DNA of 64,000 nt, taken from an uncultured virus (IMG/VR IMGVR_UViG_3300032320_002770). Lineage: Duplodnaviria > Heunggongvirae > Uroviricota > Caudoviricetes. Every line of letters begins with the position of its first letter. Within the stretch, counting starts at the first letter, position 1. Both the position numbers and the translations under genes were made by a program. This document shows, one piece after another, positions 1 through 9,402 of this stretch. The DNA lies in the IMG/VR virus record IMGVR_UViG_3300032320_002770. One strand, given 5' to 3'. The notes under the pieces are model-generated. The model did no database searches. It was not told the origin of the DNA and worked only from the letters and a program-made list of their open reading frames with translations.

Positions 1-2
1 GC

Positions 3-701
3 GGACCAATTTCAGAATCAATTGGACGCGCAGGTTTAGATGGTGCAAATGGATCTATTGGTTTGGGTGGGCCAACAACAGTAGGACAAACTGGCCCATC
101 AGTTAATGGTGATCAAGGTCAAGCTGGCGGTAATGCATCTAATGGGCAACAGGGACAAATTGGACTTGGTGGCGCTTCAGTTAGAGGGCAAGAAGGAACT
201 AAAGGATTAGATAATGCTGTGGGTAGCAGAGGTTCAAATGGACAAATAGGTGGTCAAGGACCAAATGGTCTTCCAGGTTCAAATGGTGTTCAAGGGGATG
301 AAGGAATTAGAGGAATTATAGGACCAAATGGAATTAAAGGTGCTAGTGGAGACAGGGGAAGAGATGGATCTATCGGACAAGCAGGAATAAATGTGATTGG
401 TCCTCCAGGAGTTAGAGGTCAAACAGGGCCTAAGGGTTCAGATGGCGGGGTTGGTACATCTCCAGAAGGAGCAAGAGGAGCAACTGGTGCGCGTGGAGGA
501 AGCGCTGGTTCAGCAGGTAGAAATGGTGCATCAGGAGCATTTACATATCAAGATTCCCCAATGGACTTCGGAAGACTATGGATTGAACCTGGAAATCAAT
601 TAATTTATATTAATGCTATAAGCGGATTTACTAATCCGTATAATAAAAATGATACAACAAATAATCCAGTACGAGGTTCAGTTGGTGGAGTACTTCAATA
701 G
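3..701 (+). CDS. Collagen-like (Gly-X-Y repeat) protein, 5'-partial; probable virion fibre
   Basis: Frame open from base 3; long Gly-X-Y runs followed by a short non-repetitive C-terminal domain. Confidence 0.8.
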   Translation, partial: GPISESIGRAGLDGANGSIGLGGPTTVGQTGPSVNGDQGQAGGNASNGQQGQIGLGGASVRGQEGTKGLDNAVGSRGSNGQIGGQGPNGLPGSNGVQGDEGIRGIIGPNGIKGASGDRGRDGSIGQAGINVIGPPGVRGQTGPKGSDGGVGTSPEGARGATGARGGSAGSAGRNGASGAFTYQDSPMDFGRLWIEPGNQLIYINAISGFTNPYNKNDTTNNPVRGSVGGVLQ

Positions 702-708
702 TCGCTAA

Positions 709-1506
709 TTACTTTGCTTTTTTGATTCTATCTATAAGTTCGAATATTTTTACTTTTGCAATATCATTGATATTGTTTAAATTTTCTGCATTATCAAATT
801 TTTCTTTTATTAATTTATTTTTTAAAGCTTCAAAAGTTACTCCTCTGTCTTTCATAACTTTTTCTAAAAGAACGTGCGGAGAAGTTGGATTATCTTGAAT
901 AGTTGCTGCTTCATCAAGTAATTTAGCATCTCCTAATTCCTCTTGAGATACAATATTAATTTTAAGAAAATTACGTACACAACGAACAAAGGCTCTATTT
1001 TCTGCAATCGCAGCTAAGAAAAATCTAGCAAAAGATTTTGTATTATTACATGAAGCATCAGCAAGAGCTTCAAATACGATTTCTCTACCATCTGTTTCAT
1101 AATTAGGAATCCAAGTTATGCGACAGCTTGTTGCAAAATAGCTTTCGGTAGCAGAAACTACATTATATTCTACTTTTGTATAACCGCGAATTTGAGCTAA
1201 TTCTTTGATTCCACCTAAAAGGATAAGAAGATCTTTATCTTGAAGTTTCGAAACATCTGTTTCTTGAGTTTTTTGTCTATTAGGCACAAGATGTTCAGTT
1301 TTAACCATTTTACGCCAATTAATTGCGCCATCATCATTAAAAATATAATTTAAATTAATATCATCAATAAGACCATATTTATTTCTTGTAATAACATTTG
1401 GTGGTACTACTTTTGGAGTATTTAAATCTAATGTAATATTAATATTTTCAAGCTCTTGGCTACCAATCGAAATTGTTTGTTGGTTATCTTTAATTTTTGG
1501 ACTCAT
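709..1506 (-). CDS. Putative Rad52/Sak-like single-strand annealing protein
   Basis: C-terminal core AIAENRAFVRCVRNFLKINIVSQEEL resembles the AEtRA..RalR.algi...s.EEl motif of phage Rad52-fold annealases; lies in the replication block. Confidence 0.55.
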   Translation of the reverse strand: MSPKIKDNQQTISIGSQELENINITLDLNTPKVVPPNVITRNKYGLIDDINLNYIFNDDGAINWRKMVKTEHLVPNRQKTQETDVSKLQDKDLLILLGGIKELAQIRGYTKVEYNVVSATESYFATSCRITWIPNYETDGREIVFEALADASCNNTKSFARFFLAAIAENRAFVRCVRNFLKINIVSQEELGDAKLLDEAATIQDNPTSPHVLLEKVMKDRGVTFEALKNKLIKEKFDNAENLNNINDIAKVKIFELIDRIKKAK

Positions 1507-1512
1507 CTTATA

Positions 1513-1541
1513 AGTATATCACTTGTATTAAAAATTGTCAA
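1513..1541 (-). promoter_or_regulatory. sigma70-type promoter TTGACA-N17-TATACT, 6 nt before ATG
   Basis: Read directly on the minus strand; TG extended -10 present. Confidence 0.8.
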
Positions 1542-2685
1542 TAGTGAAAATATGTAAATCTTGAAGATCTTCCCAAAATGTTTCGTTATCAACTACGTAT
1601 TGAGAATTTTGCAAGTTATTTAACCATGCGTATTTTCCATTAAACGCTCCTTTAGATGAAAGATATACTTTGGAACATCTAAAGTAGACTTGTTTATTAC
1701 TAGGGAGTTCAAAACTTTTTTCATTTTTATTCTTTTTAAATATTAAACCATAGTCCATATATTTTAATTTAAAAGTATTAATAATTTCATCCGTTTCTTC
1801 TGATATTAATGTATATTTGATATTATTACTTTTAATGAATTTAATGAAATTAGGATCATTATCTTTATCTAGGATATATACTATTTGTAATATGTTTTGT
1901 TTTTGATTAGTTATTAATTCCGAATTTACTGGTTTTTTAGTTATTATTATACATTTTTTATGTGATAATAGATTATTTAATATAGCCTCATCAAAGCATA
2001 AGTCCATCCTTACTATTAAATTGGTTGTACCTTTTAATATATCCATATTTATTGGACCATCTGGAATTACATCTAATGTTCTATTATTAAAATTATTACC
2101 AATAAAAAGAGTATTAATCATTTGAGGGTACTTTATACTCAATAAATCTAAAACACTTTTGCATACTTCTTCTGGATTTATAGAATTGATAAATTTATGA
2201 GTTTTATTAGAGCCATAAAATGGTTTAGTAGAAGTTTGTGGATATAATAATTTTTGATTATATTTATCTCCCCAGTATGGTTTTACGTTTTCTAAATTAA
2301 TATTGTAGTAAAGAGCCACTATTTTTTTATTAAAAGAAGAAGCTATATGATTATTAACTCCATCAACACCTAAAACAAGTTCTGCGTTTTTAATAATATA
2401 ACTTAAATTTTGAAAATCAATTGATGCCTCATCTATAAAGGCGCAATTAGTATATTTTCTAGAATCTTTATTACCAATTTGGATTATATAGATATTTTCT
2501 GGAGCTAAGAATTGAGAAATAGCGTTAATAACTATTTGCCAATGATCATACTCTGCTCCACTTTTTGCATTTTGAGGATAAAAAACTATATATTTATCGT
2601 AAGGAATCGGCGAATATTTTTGATAAATTTCTGGTTTATTTATTTTAATTCCACATGAAGTGGCATATTTTTCTACTAAATGCAT
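1528..2685 (-). CDS. GT9 (heptosyltransferase-like) C-terminal lobe plus extra domain
   Basis: IIQIG...IIKNAELVLGVDGVNNHIASSFNKKIVALY matches the GT9 C-lobe D(S/G)G..H.A motif. Confidence 0.65.
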   Translation of the reverse strand: MHLVEKYATSCGIKINKPEIYQKYSPIPYDKYIVFYPQNAKSGAEYDHWQIVINAISQFLAPENIYIIQIGNKDSRKYTNCAFIDEASIDFQNLSYIIKNAELVLGVDGVNNHIASSFNKKIVALYYNINLENVKPYWGDKYNQKLLYPQTSTKPFYGSNKTHKFINSINPEEVCKSVLDLLSIKYPQMINTLFIGNNFNNRTLDVIPDGPINMDILKGTTNLIVRMDLCFDEAILNNLLSHKKCIIITKKPVNSELITNQKQNILQIVYILDKDNDPNFIKFIKSNNIKYTLISEETDEIINTFKLKYMDYGLIFKKNKNEKSFELPSNKQVYFRCSKVYLSSKGAFNGKYAWLNNLQNSQYVVDNETFWEDLQDLHIFTIDNF

Positions 2686-2696
2686 AATTAATGTTA

Positions 2697-4607
2697 TTAG
2701 TTATTTAAAGCAAATTCTATTTTTGTTTTACCATTATGAGTATAATCTATTAGTCTTTGAGTTCCCAAATAAGGTAAAAATGCGATTTCAAAAAAACCTT
2801 TGTGGTCACCCATTCCTTCTAACCAGAATAATTGATCCATTTGAGGGAAATATTGAATGATTTTATCAACATATTTATTACCTTTTAATATGGAAAAATA
2901 TTCTTCTTTTGTGGCGACATATAATTTATAATCTGGATATTGTTTTTTGATATTCTTGAAAAGGCTTGTGGATAGAAATACATCTTCTGCTGATTCTGGA
3001 ATTACATAAATCATTCTTTTACCTTCGTCATCCTTATCTAAGATGTCTTGAAAATCTACTTTTTTCATTTGTTGGTTTTCTTTTGTGGCGACTTGTCTGA
3101 AATAATTTTCAATATCTTGCCTTTTAGTTCCCTTTGCTAATTCTTGCATCCAATATTGATGTCCACTATCGCTTTGATCAACATTTTTCATTTTTAAAAT
3201 ATTATGGTACATAAAAATCAACCATTGAGAATTATCTTCTATAACTGGTATTTGGCAAAATGGATCTCTAAGTTCTTCATTTTCTATTGAACTAAAATTA
3301 GCTTCTGGAGTATTATCTATAAATGATTCAAAAATTTTGCCTATATTTTGAATACAATAATTTTTTATAGTCCATTCTCTTGCTTGTTTGCCAAGATTAA
3401 TTTTTTCTTGCGCACTCATTTTAAAAACTTTATTTAAGTTTTCTGCAATTGATTTTGGATCTGTTGAGGCTTTTTTAAATTCTGTTCCATGCTCTCTATA
3501 TTCAAACCATTCTAACGGAAGAGTTGCAGCTCCATCTACGCACATATCTTCTCCGCAGCTATAATTTGTTACCAATGTAATCAATTCTGCAAGTTTAGCT
3601 TCTTGGATGGGAATTTCTTGGCCACCGCTAGTAAAAGGATGACAATATACATCGATTAAATTGTATATTTCATTAAGTTGACTTTCATCAACCCCTATTG
3701 ATACGTTTGAAGTTATTTGAGATTTTTCAGAACCGCAAAATCTACAATTTAAATCATGACCATAAAATGGTTTTATTTCGTATTGCAAACAATTTTTACA
3801 AATATAAGTTGTTAGAATCTCTCTTTTATCTATTCCATATTCGTCGGCTAATTTATGGATATTCCATCCCTCGCCCCAATGAGTATGCAAAAGCAAATAA
3901 CTTTTAACTTGTGGATTTTGTTTTTTCCATAAAGAGTAACCTTCTAATAAGTTTGGAACACTCTTTCTCAATTGATTTCTAAATACGAATCCAATTATAA
4001 ATGCGTCTTCTTCTATATTGAATTTTTTTCTAAGCTCTTTTCTTTTGGAATCATCTAGTTTAAAAAAATTAGTTGTATCAAGTGGGCCGTGAACAGTTTT
4101 CACATGGGGATGGCCCAATCTATTCAATTCTTTTGTTGCAAAATCACTCCATATCCAATAATTTTTAATTTTTGGAGCCTTTTGAAGTGCGGTAGGCAAA
4201 ATAGGTAATGAATCTAAAGTCGTCCATAAAACAGAACCAATCTTATCAAACCATTTTTTTTCTATTGCAAAATCTATACCCCATATATCTTGAGCAGCAA
4301 TATATACATCTGGCTTTTCTTCGCTAATAACTCTATCCAGAAGATAAGCCCCATAACTTGCGAGTCTAGCGTTATTAGGATCTTTATTTAATTCTTGTAT
4401 TTCTTGTGGATTATCTGGAAGAACTCCTATTGATTTCCAAGGAGTTTTCTTAAGATCTGGATTGGAATACTGTAGTCCACAGCAATATTCTACAACTTCA
4501 TATTTTCCAGTATTATATAAATATGTTAATAAGTTTTTAGCGATTTTAGCAAATCCAGTTTTCGCTAAAGCAAAATCAGATTGATATAATATCTTTTTTT
4601 TCTTCAT
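2697..4607 (-). CDS. GT4-family glycosyltransferase with Zn-ribbon insert, DUF4214-like helical segment and C-terminal GT9 N-lobe
   Basis: TGFAK N-terminus, RNQLRK, LNEIYNLIDVYCHP..GGQEIPIQEA; CKNC...CRFC; AEDVFLSTSLFKNIKKQYPDYKLYVAT. Confidence 0.7.
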   Translation of the reverse strand: MKKKKILYQSDFALAKTGFAKIAKNLLTYLYNTGKYEVVEYCCGLQYSNPDLKKTPWKSIGVLPDNPQEIQELNKDPNNARLASYGAYLLDRVISEEKPDVYIAAQDIWGIDFAIEKKWFDKIGSVLWTTLDSLPILPTALQKAPKIKNYWIWSDFATKELNRLGHPHVKTVHGPLDTTNFFKLDDSKRKELRKKFNIEEDAFIIGFVFRNQLRKSVPNLLEGYSLWKKQNPQVKSYLLLHTHWGEGWNIHKLADEYGIDKREILTTYICKNCLQYEIKPFYGHDLNCRFCGSEKSQITSNVSIGVDESQLNEIYNLIDVYCHPFTSGGQEIPIQEAKLAELITLVTNYSCGEDMCVDGAATLPLEWFEYREHGTEFKKASTDPKSIAENLNKVFKMSAQEKINLGKQAREWTIKNYCIQNIGKIFESFIDNTPEANFSSIENEELRDPFCQIPVIEDNSQWLIFMYHNILKMKNVDQSDSGHQYWMQELAKGTKRQDIENYFRQVATKENQQMKKVDFQDILDKDDEGKRMIYVIPESAEDVFLSTSLFKNIKKQYPDYKLYVATKEEYFSILKGNKYVDKIIQYFPQMDQLFWLEGMGDHKGFFEIAFLPYLGTQRLIDYTHNGKTKIEFALNN

Positions 4608-4611
4608 TCAA

Positions 4612-5163
4612 CTACCAAAGTTCGCTATCTTCTTCTGTAGTTGTTTGCGTTTCTTTAATTTCTTTAATTTCTTTAGGATTATTTTTTAGCTTTTTAATCA
4701 TTTCGACTCTTTGAGATTCAAAAACTGAATCTAAAGCGTAACCCAAGAATTGTCTTAACAATCTTGCTTCGCTAAAATATAATCCAATTAAATAAGATTG
4801 CTTATTTTCACTATTTTGTTTATCTGATTTAGATACCATGTAAGAAAATCCTACTTGTTTTTCATCTCTAATATATGGAGAAAATTTAATTTGAGTAGTT
4901 TGCTTTTCAGAAGTATGATAAGCTGAAAATTCCGTGTTTCTTTCAATTGCGTCTAAAATTCCAGCAGCTTCTGTTAAGGAAAATTTAATTTTTACGCTTT
5001 TATTGGGATTGTTTTGGTTATCTGAGAATGAGCCTATCTTTTTAGCTTCATTCCAAGAGCTTTGTTTAATTAATGAGCTCCAAATTGAGCTGTCTTTTGC
5101 GTTTACTGAAAAACTACAAGCTGTGCCTGTATTTTTGCTGTTTGGTTTATAATATGTAATCAT
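4612..5163 (-). CDS. Putative Whirly-fold ssDNA-binding protein
   Basis: Duplicated beta-strands-plus-helix pattern (KFSLTEAAGIL / IGLYFSEARLL), YYKP and EFSAYH segments, acidic tail EEDSELW; directly downstream of the polymerase gene. Confidence 0.55.
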   Translation of the reverse strand: MITYYKPNSKNTGTACSFSVNAKDSSIWSSLIKQSSWNEAKKIGSFSDNQNNPNKSVKIKFSLTEAAGILDAIERNTEFSAYHTSEKQTTQIKFSPYIRDEKQVGFSYMVSKSDKQNSENKQSYLIGLYFSEARLLRQFLGYALDSVFESQRVEMIKKLKNNPKEIKEIKETQTTTEEDSELW

Positions 5164-5170
5164 ATTATTA

Positions 5171-5199
5171 ATGATATATTATATTTAATTAAACGTCAA
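5171..5199 (-). promoter_or_regulatory. sigma70-type promoter TTGACG-N17-TATCAT, 7 nt before ATG
   Basis: Read directly. Confidence 0.7.
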
Positions 5200-7768
5200 G
5201 CTTTTTTATTTCGCTCAATTTCATATATATTTCATGATCTTGAACAGCTATTAAATCAGCAAATATACAATCTTCTTTTTTAATACCTTTGACTATTACA
5301 ATATTTCCTTCTTCTGGATTTTTACCACCATTAAGATTCTTACAATTTTCAATTTTATCATTAAATAAAAGCACTGTCGCTAATCCAGTTTCATCTGCTA
5401 CTTTTAATCTAAAGTATTTAGTTTTCTTCTCATTTTTAGAAGTTCCAGAATACGTTTCTTCTACTTGACCAATTAATACGGCTTTTTGATTAAGTGACAA
5501 ATCTTGGATAGTATTAATATATTCTAGATCCTCTCTTTTTTCAGAGAAAATATCCTTCAATGTCCTTTCGTAGCTGTACCCCAAAAGTTTTTTCTCATAA
5601 TACCAATTAGCAAAACTTTCGCTTTTATTGTTTTGATTATATATTTTTAAATATGGCTCATATTTCTTTTTAATGGTTTCTAATCTAGTAGATTTTATAA
5701 TTACCTTATTCTTTTCATCTGTAAATTTATTAAGGTGTTTGATGATTCTTATCAAATCAAAATCAAATTTTTCAGCAAAAGATATTACATATTTCTTTTC
5801 TTTAGCAGTTAATATATTCCATAATTGAGCTTCTAATACTATTTTACTTCTGCTTTGCTTGAAGCCTGTTAATGCTCCAGCTTGAATTAATGAGCATAAT
5901 ACTCCAATGTTTAAATCTGCTTCTTCTGCTGCTTGGAATATCTCAAATTTATTAGAGTACTTATTTCTAAAGCTATTTAGTTTTTCAATAGATTTATCTG
6001 AGATGCCTTTTACAGAAAGTAATCCAAATCTAATATCCTCGCCTTCTAAAGAAAAATCCATTTCAGATTTAATGATATGAGGTTTTAATAATTTAATATT
6101 AAAATGACCCATTTCTTTTTGAATTTTAGATATTTCTCCAATTGGATCGGGTTCATTTCTTGTCATCTTTAACAAAGACAAAAAGAATTGTTGAGGATGA
6201 TTAAATTTTAAATAGACAGTAATTGCAGCTAAAGCAGCATAAGCGATTGAGTGTGATTTATTAAATGAATAGTTCGCTGAGTCTTCCAAAATCTTCCATA
6301 AGATTTCTCCTACTTCTTTTGGAAGTTTATTTTCTTTTATTTTAGATTCAATTTTCTTTTTCCAAGTTTTAATTTCTTCGGTCTTCTTCTTGCCTACGAT
6401 TCTTCTTAAGATTTCTGCTTCGTCTAGAGTGAACCCAATTTTGTGAGCCATTTTCATTAATTGCTCTTGATATAATGCTACTCCACCAGTTTCTTTAAGA
6501 ATGTCATCAAATAATGGATGAATACTTTCAGATTGTTGAAAGTTAGTATGAGCAGCGTATTTATCAACAAATTGTAAAGCTCCAGGTCTAGCTAGAGCCA
6601 AAACTCCGCTCAACTCTTCTAAATTTTTTGGCTTAACTTTTTGACACACTCTAAAATTGGTGTCTGCTTCAATTTGAAATAATCCGTGTGGAGATTTCAA
6701 ATCTTGTAGAGTTCTATAAATAGATTCATGGTTCAAATCTATATCTTCGATGTTAATTCCAATGCTTTTGCATACGTCATGCACAACCGATACGCTTCTC
6801 AGTCCTAAAATATCAAGTTTAATATTAAATAAGCTAACCCAATTCATATCAAAACTTGAGACCGCTTCCTTGTCGCTTGAAAATTCAGTTGGACAAACTT
6901 TATCTAAATTATGATATGATAATAAAACTCCAGAAGGATGAACGCCTTTATTTTTAATCAGATCCCTTAGTTTTAAGGCTATTTCATAAACTTCTTTATT
7001 CTCGTCGCACCATTCTTTAAATTTAGGAACTTCTTGGTATGCGCTAGTAATGTCTTTTACTTGTCCGTATAATTTAGGTATAAGTGAAGAAGTGTTTGTC
7101 ATTTCCTCTTCGGATTTTTCGCTTACAATTTTACCGCACTCTTTGATAAGTAATTTTCCGCTTAGAGTATTAAGTGTTAAAATTTTACTTGTTTTACCTT
7201 TGAACTTGTTTTCAAGATATTCTAAAACTTTATGACGATTATAATAACAAATATCTAAATCAACGTCACACATTAAACTACCATCTAAATACGTTACCCC
7301 ATCAATAATTTGCTTTTTAGCACGGATCTTGGATATAAATCTTTCAAAATAAAGATCATATTTGACTGGATCTATCCTCGTTACTCCAACGAGGTAAAGA
7401 ATAAGTGACCCTGCTGCAGAGCCTCTACCAAGCCCAACTGGAATATTATTTGTTTTGCAAAAATTAATAACGTCCCAAACCAATAAAATATAATCAATAA
7501 ATCCAAGATCTTTTAATGTATCTAATTCATATTTGGCTCGCTCTACATACTTTTTATATTCTGAAGAATTTTTATCTATTTTTAGATTTTTGAAACCATC
7601 CAAAGATAAGGCTCTTAAAAAATCATAATTTGAAGAATCTTCACTAATATTTAAATGCCTTTTTGAAGCCGAATCAATTAAGAACTCTGGCAATCTTACT
7701 CCATGCAAACCTAAGTCTACATTATCAAATTTTGAGGAAAATTGTTTATCTTCTAAAAAATTAATCAT
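5189..7768 (-). CDS. dnaE: DNA polymerase III alpha subunit (DnaE-type) lacking the N-terminal PHP domain
   Basis: GRGSAAGSL, LYFERF, DVDLD, KLDILGL, YQEQLM, YSFNKSH, IRFGL motifs and C-terminal OB fold; start taken at MINFLED. Confidence 0.95.
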   Translation of the reverse strand: MINFLEDKQFSSKFDNVDLGLHGVRLPEFLIDSASKRHLNISEDSSNYDFLRALSLDGFKNLKIDKNSSEYKKYVERAKYELDTLKDLGFIDYILLVWDVINFCKTNNIPVGLGRGSAAGSLILYLVGVTRIDPVKYDLYFERFISKIRAKKQIIDGVTYLDGSLMCDVDLDICYYNRHKVLEYLENKFKGKTSKILTLNTLSGKLLIKECGKIVSEKSEEEMTNTSSLIPKLYGQVKDITSAYQEVPKFKEWCDENKEVYEIALKLRDLIKNKGVHPSGVLLSYHNLDKVCPTEFSSDKEAVSSFDMNWVSLFNIKLDILGLRSVSVVHDVCKSIGINIEDIDLNHESIYRTLQDLKSPHGLFQIEADTNFRVCQKVKPKNLEELSGVLALARPGALQFVDKYAAHTNFQQSESIHPLFDDILKETGGVALYQEQLMKMAHKIGFTLDEAEILRRIVGKKKTEEIKTWKKKIESKIKENKLPKEVGEILWKILEDSANYSFNKSHSIAYAALAAITVYLKFNHPQQFFLSLLKMTRNEPDPIGEISKIQKEMGHFNIKLLKPHIIKSEMDFSLEGEDIRFGLLSVKGISDKSIEKLNSFRNKYSNKFEIFQAAEEADLNIGVLCSLIQAGALTGFKQSRSKIVLEAQLWNILTAKEKKYVISFAEKFDFDLIRIIKHLNKFTDEKNKVIIKSTRLETIKKKYEPYLKIYNQNNKSESFANWYYEKKLLGYSYERTLKDIFSEKREDLEYINTIQDLSLNQKAVLIGQVEETYSGTSKNEKKTKYFRLKVADETGLATVLLFNDKIENCKNLNGGKNPEEGNIVIVKGIKKEDCIFADLIAVQDHEIYMKLSEIKKLDV

Positions 7769-7979
7769 TTTCATCCATTTCTTCATTTATTTTATCAATT
7801 TGCTGATTAAAAACATCTAAACCGCTGGCTAAGATTTTCATTGATTTTCTATCCTTTAAAGAATAAAATACATCAGCTTTACCATTCTTTTTTCCCTTTT
7901 GAATTGTAATCAAAAGATATTCTGTATCCGAATTATCTAATTTCTGCAACATATCATAAATATCATCCATTGAAGCCAT
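7761..7979 (-). CDS. Small hypothetical protein in the polymerase cluster
   Basis: 72-aa ORF tightly coupled to both neighbours. Confidence 0.6.
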   Translation of the reverse strand: MASMDDIYDMLQKLDNSDTEYLLITIQKGKKNGKADVFYSLKDRKSMKILASGLDVFNQQIDKINEEMDEND

Positions 7980-7982
7980 ATA

Positions 7983-8621
7983 TTATACCTCTACTTGCCA
8001 TTTTAATTTATTCCATACTTTTAAGTTTAAGTCAAGATCATTTATTGCATCGTGCAATTGATCATAATCATGATCTATGCCATTTTCTTTTCCTAAGAAA
8101 GTCAAAGAGCTTTTAACATTCTTTTTTCTTGTATGAAGAATTTTATATTGATATTCCGTCAAATCATCTTTATTAGAATAAGGCATGCTATATTTTATGC
8201 CTCTAGCTAAAGCATTTGTATCTATAAACTTTGGTACAAGATGTTGCCAATTGCATCCCATGTATTTATAATACTCTTTAATAAGATAGATGTCAAATCC
8301 TAAAATATTATGACCAACAATATAATCTGCATGATCAAGCCAATCTTTAATTGTCGGAAATACTTCTTTTGGATCAAAACCATCTCTTAAAATTTTCTTA
8401 TGGTCATATCTAGTGACATAAGCCGCAGCGTCACTTATTTTTAAAGTTGTATCCCACTTTATATAAAAATTTTTTTGATCAACTTTTTGATCGCCTTTAA
8501 CTTTAATCATGGCGATTTGCCAAGGTAAATTATGGCAGAAGTTAAGACAAAGATTCAAAGTCTCACAATCAATAAAAACTAAAGTTTTATTTTTATTGTA
8601 TCTTAAAAGATGTTCATCCAT
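7983..8621 (-). CDS. DEDDh 3'-5' exonuclease (DnaQ/epsilon-like)
   Basis: VFIDCET, VGHNILGFD, FIDT, LHDAINDL motifs; start taken at MDEHLL. Confidence 0.9.
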   Translation of the reverse strand: MDEHLLRYNKNKTLVFIDCETLNLCLNFCHNLPWQIAMIKVKGDQKVDQKNFYIKWDTTLKISDAAAYVTRYDHKKILRDGFDPKEVFPTIKDWLDHADYIVGHNILGFDIYLIKEYYKYMGCNWQHLVPKFIDTNALARGIKYSMPYSNKDDLTEYQYKILHTRKKNVKSSLTFLGKENGIDHDYDQLHDAINDLDLNLKVWNKLKWQVEV

Positions 8622-8622
8622 A

Positions 8623-9366
8623 TCAATTGTTTTTCCATTCTTCAAAAGAAAATGAATCACTAGACATATGTTCTATTTCTGGTTTATTTAAAGTTGTTCT
8701 ATTGTTGATGCATCTAAAAGTCAAATAAGATTTAAAATCTTTTTTATTTTTATAATATATACTTTTTACCAAGAGGACTTCTAGATTATTTTCTTTGACA
8801 AAGTTTAACATTTTATTTTTTATTATAAAATCGAATGGTAAGTCATTATTTTCTATAAATACTATCGGTTTTGTAAAAGAAAAATTAGGAACACAAATGA
8901 AATTCTTTAATGTATTATTGTAGATAAAGGAGTCATAAAATGGTACGCATAATAAAAGATCATCACTCCAATTATCTGACAATGTTTTGTAGTCAAGTCT
9001 AGGCTCATAATAAAAACCTTCTTTTGCAGCTTTACTGTAAAGTTTAGTTAGGAGGCTATATCCTTCGTTATTTTTGAAAAATATAATAACTTTGGAATTC
9101 TTAAATCTAGATTCTTCACTTTTATCTTCCATTGATTCTGTTATAGTAATTCTTAATCCATAATTAAGTTTAATATTGTTATTTCTTGTATTTGTATAAG
9201 CTTCAAGAAATGAAGACATGTTGTCTTCTACTAGAAATAGTTCTTTAAGTTTATTTTCTTTAGCTATTTGAATAATAGAATCTGGATAATCATCGACTTC
9301 TGATTTATCTTCTAGAGTCAAAATAGACCTTCCTAAAGAATAGTGCGATTTAAATAACGGAATCAT
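8623..9366 (-). CDS. Stand-alone PHP domain of Pol III alpha
   Basis: SHYSL, EDNMSSF, IKLNYGLRI, KNNEGY..L.KL.S.A..EGFYYEPRLD match the DnaE N-terminus; metal ligands look degenerate. Confidence 0.85.
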   Translation of the reverse strand: MIPLFKSHYSLGRSILTLEDKSEVDDYPDSIIQIAKENKLKELFLVEDNMSSFLEAYTNTRNNNIKLNYGLRITITESMEDKSEESRFKNSKVIIFFKNNEGYSLLTKLYSKAAKEGFYYEPRLDYKTLSDNWSDDLLLCVPFYDSFIYNNTLKNFICVPNFSFTKPIVFIENNDLPFDFIIKNKMLNFVKENNLEVLLVKSIYYKNKKDFKSYLTFRCINNRTTLNKPEIEHMSSDSFSFEEWKNN

Positions 9367-9373
9367 TAATGAT

Positions 9374-9402
9374 AATATAACAAGCTTTTAATTCAAAATC
9401 AA
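9374..9402 (-). promoter_or_regulatory. sigma70-type promoter TTGATT-N17-TATATT, 7 nt before ATG
   Basis: Read directly; TG extended -10. Confidence 0.55.
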
